The translations under genes were made by a program, and so were the position numbers. DNA of 64,000 bases from Candidatus Multivorans sp. (lineage in GTDB: Bacteria > Acidobacteriota > Thermoanaerobaculia > Multivoradales > Multivoraceae), in assembly GCA_965208755.1 (NCBI GenBank), contig OZ242353.1:3138671-3202670 (forward strand), written 5' to 3'. The notes under the pieces were generated by a model. It was not told the origin of the DNA, did not search any database, and was given only the letters and a program-made list of their open reading frames with translations. This document shows positions 30,350-37,071 of the stretch, piece after piece; the first letter of the stretch is position 1, and each line of letters opens with the position of its first letter.

Positions 30350-32545
30350 TCAGGCAGCCGTCGTGGGTGCCCCGGCACTCAGCAGGTAGCGATACAGCCT
30401 CGCAGTGAGCTTCGGGTCGCTCTCTTCGAGCAGTCGCAGGGCGGAAGCGGTCAGCGTCGCTGTCGTGCAGGGCTCGTCGGCGACGACCGCGGCCGCCGCT
30501 GTCGGGGCGGCGACGGGCACCCGGGGCTCGACCGCGTCGCCCGGCCCCAGTTGGCGGCTGCGCGCGCCGGCTGCGTCGAACACGGAGGCCCGTCCGGCGG
30601 TGATCAACTGGAGCGTGTCGTTCGACTCGCCGGCGGCAAGGAGAGTTTCGCCCTCGGCGTGCTCCCGGGTGTCCAGCCAGTCCCGGAGATCGCCGACCAG
30701 CTCCTCGAAGAGGACCTGCCGGTCGAGGTGACGCTCCAGGTCGGCGCCCACGGCCTCCAGCAGGGAAGGATCTCCGCCTTGCGCGTCGTCGGGCGGCTGG
30801 TAGGTGGAGATCAGCGCGTCCTCGCAGTGTTCCAGTGCCTGATCGTCATCCGGCGCGAACACGACGCCGCCGAACACCGGCGGCGGCAGATTCCGCTGCA
30901 GCTCCTTCTCGAGCGTGGCGGGCGCTCTGCTCATGACTACCTGGGTGCCGGCGCGGCGAGCGGCCAGGATGAAGCGGCACATGGCGCTGACGGTCGAAAA
31001 GTCGAGGCCGGATACAGCCTTGAAGTCGAGCACGATGCACACAGGCTTGGGCTCTTCGCCGAGTGACCCCTGGAGCCGGTCCGCCAGCGGATAGCCGGCG
31101 CCGAAGAAGATGTAGCCCCGAAGCCTGTAGCCCCGGACCCGCGACCCCTCAGCCCGCAGGATCGCCCGGTCCGGTATCGGGCGGACGCGGTGGCTCCGCT
31201 CGTCCCGCAGGGAGAAGGTGGCGTCGACGACGTCGACCCGACTCAGGCGCACGACGAAGAAGAGGATCGTGATCAGCATGCCGATGGCTACGCCTTCGAG
31301 GAATCCAAGGGCCAGGATCGTCACGAAGATCACCAGGATGATCGCGTAGTCGCTCGGCGGCAGGCGCTTGCGGACCTTCAGCAGCCACTGGTCGAGCAGT
31401 GCCACGCCCGTGAACAGCAGGACCCCGCCCATGAGCGGCACGGGCACGAGTGTGAGCAGGACGTCGCCGAAGATCAGCGGCGAGGCCGTCACCACCGCCA
31501 CCGCGATGCTGGTCGACTTGAGGCCGGCGCCGAGCATCAGGTTGCGAAGAGAGGTCGGAACGACGTACGTGCCGGGCGGCGCGCCGCCGAGGCCGGCCGC
31601 CAGACTCCCGAGTCCCACGGCGCCGAACTCCCGGTTCCAGTCCAGCTCGCGACCGGAGGCGAGCTCGATGCCGCCTATGTACAGGGCGGTGCAGAGCAGG
31701 GTCACCAGGATGAGGACGAGGATGTTCGGGATCTGAGGGCCGACCGCGCTCCAGTCGATGCGCGCCGCATCGTCGAGTGCCATGGGAGGCCACAGGTCCG
31801 ATCCCGAGATGCCCGCGAACAGGAGGCCCCTGTCCTGCGCCTCCTGGGTCGAGACACCGAAACGCGCCATGCCGAAGTGCAGGAGTCCCGTGCCGGCGAT
31901 GAAGCTCCCCGGCATCAGCAGGGGGCTGGGCCAGCGTCGGCTGGCGAAGTACAGGCCGAGGCCGTAGGCGATGCCGACGCCCCAGTTCGTGACGACGAGC
32001 GGATCGAACAGCGATGCGAGCGCTTCGGCCTCGAGTCGCACGCCCATGAGCCTCAGAGCCACGACGCAGGCGAGTCCGCCCGTGCCGGCGACGAAGCCGG
32101 ACGAAACGGGGTAGGGAAAGAAGCGCACCAGGTTGGCGAGGCGAAAGCGCTCGATGAGGAGGGCGCAGGCCGCCGTCGCGACCGAACCCAGAACGATGAT
32201 CGCGACCATGGTTGGCAGCAGCTCGTCGCCGGTGGCGGTGAGCGAACCGCCGATCACGCCGAGGGCGATCATCGTCGCCATCGTGGGCCCGGCGGCGGCG
32301 CCCGCGAAGCCGCTTCTGAGCCCGGTCACCACGCAGGCGGCGGCGGTGCCGAACAGGATCAGTCCGATGCCCTGGGACAGGTAGGGGGCGAGCTGTCCCG
32401 AGAAGGCCAGGCTTACAAGAGCCACTTCGCCGATGATCAGACTGATGCCGGAGACGAATCCGACCGTCAGCACGGTGAACGCCTTTCGGACTGCCGCGTT
32501 CGAGGCGAGGCCGGCCGACCCTTTCCGGGGGGGTTCTCCAGTCAT
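30350..32545 (-). CDS. SulP-family anion permease with a STAS domain and a C-terminal cyclic-nucleotide-binding-like domain
   Basis: The ATG at 32545 (MTGEPPRKG...) overlaps the upstream stop (ATGA). It has multiple TM helices, a STAS-like segment (VCIVLDFKAVSGLDFSTVS) and a cNMP-like segment (LLAAGESNDTLQLITAGRASV). The upstream part of track ORF 30350..32833 is spurious. Confidence 0.8.
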   Translation of the reverse strand: MTGEPPRKGSAGLASNAAVRKAFTVLTVGFVSGISLIIGEVALVSLAFSGQLAPYLSQGIGLILFGTAAACVVTGLRSGFAGAAAGPTMATMIALGVIGGSLTATGDELLPTMVAIIVLGSVATAACALLIERFRLANLVRFFPYPVSSGFVAGTGGLACVVALRLMGVRLEAEALASLFDPLVVTNWGVGIAYGLGLYFASRRWPSPLLMPGSFIAGTGLLHFGMARFGVSTQEAQDRGLLFAGISGSDLWPPMALDDAARIDWSAVGPQIPNILVLILVTLLCTALYIGGIELASGRELDWNREFGAVGLGSLAAGLGGAPPGTYVVPTSLRNLMLGAGLKSTSIAVAVVTASPLIFGDVLLTLVPVPLMGGVLLFTGVALLDQWLLKVRKRLPPSDYAIILVIFVTILALGFLEGVAIGMLITILFFVVRLSRVDVVDATFSLRDERSHRVRPIPDRAILRAEGSRVRGYRLRGYIFFGAGYPLADRLQGSLGEEPKPVCIVLDFKAVSGLDFSTVSAMCRFILAARRAGTQVVMSRAPATLEKELQRNLPPPVFGGVVFAPDDDQALEHCEDALISTYQPPDDAQGGDPSLLEAVGADLERHLDRQVLFEELVGDLRDWLDTREHAEGETLLAAGESNDTLQLITAGRASVFDAAGARSRQLGPGDAVEPRVPVAAPTAAAAVVADEPCTTATLTASALRLLEESDPKLTARLYRYLLSAGAPTTAA

Positions 32546-34275
32546 CTCGCGCGCCCTTTCGTTTCTCCCTCTCCCTGGACGAGCGTCCGGTACTCGCCCG
32601 GCTGCACGTCCGTCCAGCGCTCGACGGCGCCGTCCGGCCACCGGACCTCGACCTGGGTGACGGCGGCGCCGTCTTCGCTTCCGAGGCCGGTCAGTACGCG
32701 GGGGTCGCGGGCCGAGGCGTAGCTGCCGTCGGTGTGGACGTGGCGCCAGATCGGCGGTGCGTCCTGCCGGTGAATCAGGACCTGGGCGCCCAGCGCGTCG
32801 CGGTTGTGGGCGACCAGTCGCAGACCCAGCCACGGCTGGTCCTGGCCGACCTGGTTCAGGAGCAGACGGGTCGGCGCATTGCTGTTGACGACGACGACGT
32901 CGAGGTCGCCGTCGTTGTCGACGTCACCGAAGGCGGCGGCGCGGCTGACCTCGGACGATTCGAAGACCGCGCCGGCCTCGGCCGTGACGTCCGCGAAGCT
33001 GCCGTCGCCGAGGTTGCGGAAGAGCTGGTCGGTCTGTCGCAGCGGATAGGGGTCGCCTGCCCGGATCAGCGCGTCCATGCCGATCACGGCGCCGTTGACG
33101 ACGAGTACGTCGAGCCAGGAGTCGTTGTCGTAGTCGATCCAGCCGATGCCGAAGGCGGTGAACGGCAGGCTCGGCGGCCCGAGTTGACTCGACGCCGACT
33201 GGTCCCGGAACAGTCCGGCGCCGCCGTTGACGTAGAGGGTGTTCGTCTCCTGTTCCAGGTGGCTGACGACGATGTCCGGGTCGCCGTCGCCGTCGAAGTC
33301 CCCGGCGTCGACGCCCATGCCGGCTTCGGGCTGGCCTTCGCGGTTGACGGCGACTCCGGCCAGCAGGGCGTTGTCGGCGAAGCTGCCGTCGCCCCGGTTG
33401 ATCCAGAGCCGGTTCCACATCAGGTCGTTCGCGACGTAGAGGTCGATCCAGCGGTCGCCGTTGAAGTCGGCGGCGACGGCCCCCAGCCCCGAACCGGGCT
33501 CGGTGCCGATTCCCGAGGGAGTCGACACGTCCTCGAAGGTCCCGTCGCCCCGGTTGCGGAACAGGCTGTCGGTCGCCGGCCGGTAGGCGCCGGGGGCGCA
33601 GTAGGTCAGTACGCCGCTAGGGAGCGGGCACGGCGTGTTGTCAGCCAGCGAGTAGTCGACGTAGTTGCCGACGTAGAGGTCCAGCCAGCCATCGCGGTCG
33701 AAGTCGAAGAACGTGGCGGCGACCGACCAGCGGGGATCGTCGGCGCCCGAGGCGGCCGTGACGTCGTCGAAGGTGCCGTCGCCGCGGTTCCGCAGCAACT
33801 GGTTGGAGCCGAAGTTCGTGACGTAGAGGTCCGTCCAGCCGTCGTTGTCGAAGTCGCCGGTGGCGACGCCCATGCCGTAGCCGGCGGCTTCGATCTGGCT
33901 TGCGCCGGTGACGTCCGTGAAACGGAGGCCGTCGCCGGCGGCGCCGGGTTCCAGGTCGTTGCGGTAGAGGCGGTCGGTGAGCGGCGTGTCGGGGGGCGGG
34001 GGAAAGGTCAGGTCCGGGCCGAGCTCGCGGCCCTGGAGGAGGTAGAGGTCCAGGTCGCCGTCGTTGTCGAAGTCGAACAGGGCGCCGCCGCCGCCCATGA
34101 TCTCGTTGAAGTAGTGCTCGCCGGACATGCCGTTGAGATAGACGAAGTCGAGGTTCGCGGAGGGAGCGGCGTCGATGAAGATCGGCACCTGGGACGTCGA
34201 GGCGAGGTCAGGGTCGGCGTTTGGGGCGCAAGCGGCGAGAAGGAGCGCGAACGCTCCCCTGGTCGTGGCGCTCAA
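32542..34275 (-). CDS. CRTAC1/ASPIC-UnbV family lipoprotein with FG-GAP/VCBS repeats
   Basis: Lipobox LLAAC. Repeated DFDNDGxxDLYV-type motifs. C-terminal VEVRWPDGAVERW is typical of the UnbV/ASPIC domain. Confidence 0.85.
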   Translation of the reverse strand: MSATTRGAFALLLAACAPNADPDLASTSQVPIFIDAAPSANLDFVYLNGMSGEHYFNEIMGGGGALFDFDNDGDLDLYLLQGRELGPDLTFPPPPDTPLTDRLYRNDLEPGAAGDGLRFTDVTGASQIEAAGYGMGVATGDFDNDGWTDLYVTNFGSNQLLRNRGDGTFDDVTAASGADDPRWSVAATFFDFDRDGWLDLYVGNYVDYSLADNTPCPLPSGVLTYCAPGAYRPATDSLFRNRGDGTFEDVSTPSGIGTEPGSGLGAVAADFNGDRWIDLYVANDLMWNRLWINRGDGSFADNALLAGVAVNREGQPEAGMGVDAGDFDGDGDPDIVVSHLEQETNTLYVNGGAGLFRDQSASSQLGPPSLPFTAFGIGWIDYDNDSWLDVLVVNGAVIGMDALIRAGDPYPLRQTDQLFRNLGDGSFADVTAEAGAVFESSEVSRAAAFGDVDNDGDLDVVVVNSNAPTRLLLNQVGQDQPWLGLRLVAHNRDALGAQVLIHRQDAPPIWRHVHTDGSYASARDPRVLTGLGSEDGAAVTQVEVRWPDGAVERWTDVQPGEYRTLVQGEGETKGRAR

Positions 34276-36698
34276 CCGCTACGTTCCAGTGCGCGGGCGG
34301 AAGCGAGTTCCCGCCGCGCCTCTTCCGGCTGGCCGAGCCGAGTGTAGATGTCGGCGAGCAGGTAGTGGCCCATGGGCGCCATGTCCGAGGCCGGGTCGAG
34401 CTCGAGGCCGATGCGGGCCAGTTCGATCGCGCGGTCCAGCTGTTCGTTGCGGTCGACGAGGGCCTTGGCCAGGAAGAAGTGGCCGACGGCGAACTCCGGG
34501 TTGATCTCGATCGATTGCTTCAGGGCTTCGGCCGCGCCGTAGCGGTCGCCGAGGCTGTCCAGCAGCCGGCCGAGGTTGAACTGGACCCGGTAGCTCTGGG
34601 GGTGGACATCGAGTTCGCGGCGGTAGAAGTCGGCGGCTGCACGTGGGTCGCCGCGCTCTTCGGCGAGCAGGGCGAGGTTGAAGTGGGCGAGTCGCACGTC
34701 CGGCTGGATCGTCAGCGCCTCCTCGAAGAGCCGCTCCGCGTCGACAAGATCGGACCGCAGGAGCGCCACGGCGCCCTGACTGACCACCGCGGCGCCCATC
34801 TCCGGTGACAGGGTCGCGGCCTCCCTGAGGTGTCCCTCGGCGCCTTCCAGGTCGCCGTGGTCCACGAGCATGCGCGCCAGCTCGTAGTGGATGATCGCGT
34901 TGCGTGGGTCGAGCCGCAGGAACTCCTGGTAGCCGAGGATCGCTTCCTCCGCCGCGCCGGCCCGCCGGTAGGCATTGGCGAGGTTGATCACGGCGTGGGC
35001 GTAGTCGGGCTTCAGCTCGATGGCTCTCCGGTAACTCTCGATCGCGGCGCCGGTGTCATCGCCGCGCATCTGCTCGTCGCCGAGCCGGACCCAGGCGTCG
35101 ATGACCGACGGGTCCTCGAACAGCACCCGTTCGAGGGCTTCGACGGCCGCCGGCCGGTTTCCCTTGAGCGAAGCCTCGCGGGCGTCGCGCATCAGGTTGA
35201 AGAGGTGGATCCGGTCCTTGGGGTCGGCGAGCAGGGCCCGGTCCACGCCCTCGTCGGTACTGCCGCCGAAACTGGCCAGATAGCCGAGGGCGGCGAGTCG
35301 CGCCCGGGTTTCCGGATCGATCTCCTCGATCGCCGCCGGCCGCGCCACGTCGGCCCATCGCGACTCGAGGGACTGGAGCATGGAGGCCATCCGGTCCGCC
35401 TCGTCGGGTCGCGCGGAGTACAGGTTGTTCCGCTCCTCCGGGTCGACCGCCAGGTCGTACAACTCGGGCCGGGGCGCGGCGACGTACTTCATGTTCTCGA
35501 CCCGCAGTGCGGCGAGGTCGCTCCAGCCGTAGTGATAACGCGGATAGACGGCCTCCGCGTAGGCCGGCAGGCGCGGTCCGGAGGCGCCGGTCAGGAGCCG
35601 GACGAGGCTCGCGCCTTCAAAGGAGGAATCCCGCTCCACCTGGCCCGCGTCGACCGCCAGCAGATCGAGGACGGTCGGGGAGACGTCGACGGCCCGGACC
35701 ACGTCGCCGATCCTGCGGCCCCGCATCGTGTCGTAGGGCGCGCGAAGGATGAAGGGAACTCGCGTCGCCCCCTCGTAGACGAAGAAGCCGTGGCCTGATT
35801 CGCCGTGCTCGCCGAGACTCTCGCCGTGGTCTCCGATCACGATGACGACGGTGTCGTCGGCGCGCCCGTTCTGGTCGAGCCACTCCAGCAACCGGCCGAC
35901 CTGCGAGTCGACGTAGGCGATCTCGCCGATGTATGGACGGTCCCGGTACCGCTCGGCGAATGGTTCCGGCGGTTCGTAGGGTGAGTGCGGATCGTAGAAG
36001 TGGACCCAGGAGAAGAAGCGCGCGTCCGGGGCTTCTTCGAGCCAGGTCAACGCGGCGTCCGTGACCTCGGCCGCCGGCCGTTCAATCTCGTTCAGCGCCA
36101 GCCGTACGGTGTCGCTCAGTTCGAAGTCGTCGAAGTAGTGGTCGAAGCCCTGGGCGATCCCCCACTTCGCGTCGAGCACGAACGCCCCTACGAAGCCGCC
36201 GGTGCGCAGCCCCTCGTCCCTCAGGATCTCGGCCAGAACGACGTGCTCGTCGCCCAGATAGAAGGCGCCGTTGTCCCTGACCCCGTGAGCCGGCGGGAAC
36301 TGTCCGGTGAAGATCGACGAATGCGCCGGCAAGGTCAGCGGCGCCACCGCCTCCGCCTGCTCGAACAGCACCCCCTCCGCCGCCAGCCGGTCCATGTGCG
36401 GCGTCTCGATATCAGCGAACCCGTAGGCCCCGATCCGATCCGCCCGGGTCGTGTCCAGCGTGATGAGCAGAAGGCTCAGGTCACCGGGCCCGACACCGGC
36501 CGGGAGGCGCCCCAGTGCATGCCCCGATGGCGCTGTGACCTCCCCGCCGGATAGGAGGCGGGTCGCTACGCCGACCACCACAACACCGGCTACGGCCAGG
36601 GCCACCGCAAGCCCGATCCACCGGATCGGCACACTCCGTTTCGCCCGGCCAGTGTTCAACTCGCTGGTTTCATCCCGGCGGGGTCGTTCGCTGCCCAT
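34272..36698 (-). CDS. Sulfatase-like (alkaline-phosphatase superfamily) enzyme fused to C-terminal TPR repeats
   Basis: One TM helix, then LLITLDTTRADRIG...PLTLPAHSSIFTG and GDHGESLGEHG, followed by a long TPR region. ATGA overlap with the next gene. Confidence 0.85.
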   Translation of the reverse strand: MGSERPRRDETSELNTGRAKRSVPIRWIGLAVALAVAGVVVVGVATRLLSGGEVTAPSGHALGRLPAGVGPGDLSLLLITLDTTRADRIGAYGFADIETPHMDRLAAEGVLFEQAEAVAPLTLPAHSSIFTGQFPPAHGVRDNGAFYLGDEHVVLAEILRDEGLRTGGFVGAFVLDAKWGIAQGFDHYFDDFELSDTVRLALNEIERPAAEVTDAALTWLEEAPDARFFSWVHFYDPHSPYEPPEPFAERYRDRPYIGEIAYVDSQVGRLLEWLDQNGRADDTVVIVIGDHGESLGEHGESGHGFFVYEGATRVPFILRAPYDTMRGRRIGDVVRAVDVSPTVLDLLAVDAGQVERDSSFEGASLVRLLTGASGPRLPAYAEAVYPRYHYGWSDLAALRVENMKYVAAPRPELYDLAVDPEERNNLYSARPDEADRMASMLQSLESRWADVARPAAIEEIDPETRARLAALGYLASFGGSTDEGVDRALLADPKDRIHLFNLMRDAREASLKGNRPAAVEALERVLFEDPSVIDAWVRLGDEQMRGDDTGAAIESYRRAIELKPDYAHAVINLANAYRRAGAAEEAILGYQEFLRLDPRNAIIHYELARMLVDHGDLEGAEGHLREAATLSPEMGAAVVSQGAVALLRSDLVDAERLFEEALTIQPDVRLAHFNLALLAEERGDPRAAADFYRRELDVHPQSYRVQFNLGRLLDSLGDRYGAAEALKQSIEINPEFAVGHFFLAKALVDRNEQLDRAIELARIGLELDPASDMAPMGHYLLADIYTRLGQPEEARRELASARALERSG

Positions 36699-36780
36699 GG
36701 CGGAATCCGAAGGCTAGCAGCCAGGTTGAGTCGGCGCTCCGTCCCGGGCGGTCGCCGGCCTTCGGCCGTCGGCGCTACTT

Positions 36781-36820
36781 GGCCGCCTTCGGCGGCAGCG
36801 GGTCAGAGGACCCGCGCACC
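36781..36820 (+). repeat. REP-like GC-rich palindromic element, copy A
   Basis: GGCCGCCTTCGGCGGCAGCGGGTCAGAGGACCCGCGCACC contains two hairpins, GCCGCC-TTC-GGCGGC and GCGGGTC-AGAG-GACCCGC. It matches copy B at 39 of 40 positions. Confidence 0.8.
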
Positions 36821-36876
36821 GACACCCGGAAGAGCCCAAGGGGCCTTTTGGTCGCGCTCGGCGACGACCTCCAGCT

Positions 36877-37046
36877 TGCGGGGGGCCAGTGGAGAGGGTC
36901 CCAGCGAGGCTGTCGGCAAGCGACGCCTAACGACCTTCCATCGTCCGACGAACGTCCGGAGCGCAGCCGACCGCAGCGAGCGCAGACCCTCCCTCTAGTC
37001 AGAGAGCGCGAGCGTCCGCTGGGACCCTCTCCACTGGCCCCCCGCA
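36877..37046. repeat. 30-bp perfect inverted repeat flanking a 110-nt spacer (MITE-like, or a long stem-loop)
   Basis: 36877-36906 (TGCGGGGGGCCAGTGGAGAGGGTCCCAGCG) is the exact reverse complement of 37017-37046. I checked this base by base. Confidence 0.85.
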
Positions 37047-37071
37047 GGCGGGTGCAACCGACGCGGTCGCG

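Noticed and set aside
30350-32833. N-terminal 96 aa of track ORF 30350..32833 (upstream of MTGEPPRKG)
   Set aside because: It is an Arg/Pro-rich out-of-frame overlap with the 3' end of the CRTAC1-like gene. The ATG at 32545 forms an ATGA junction with that gene's stop.
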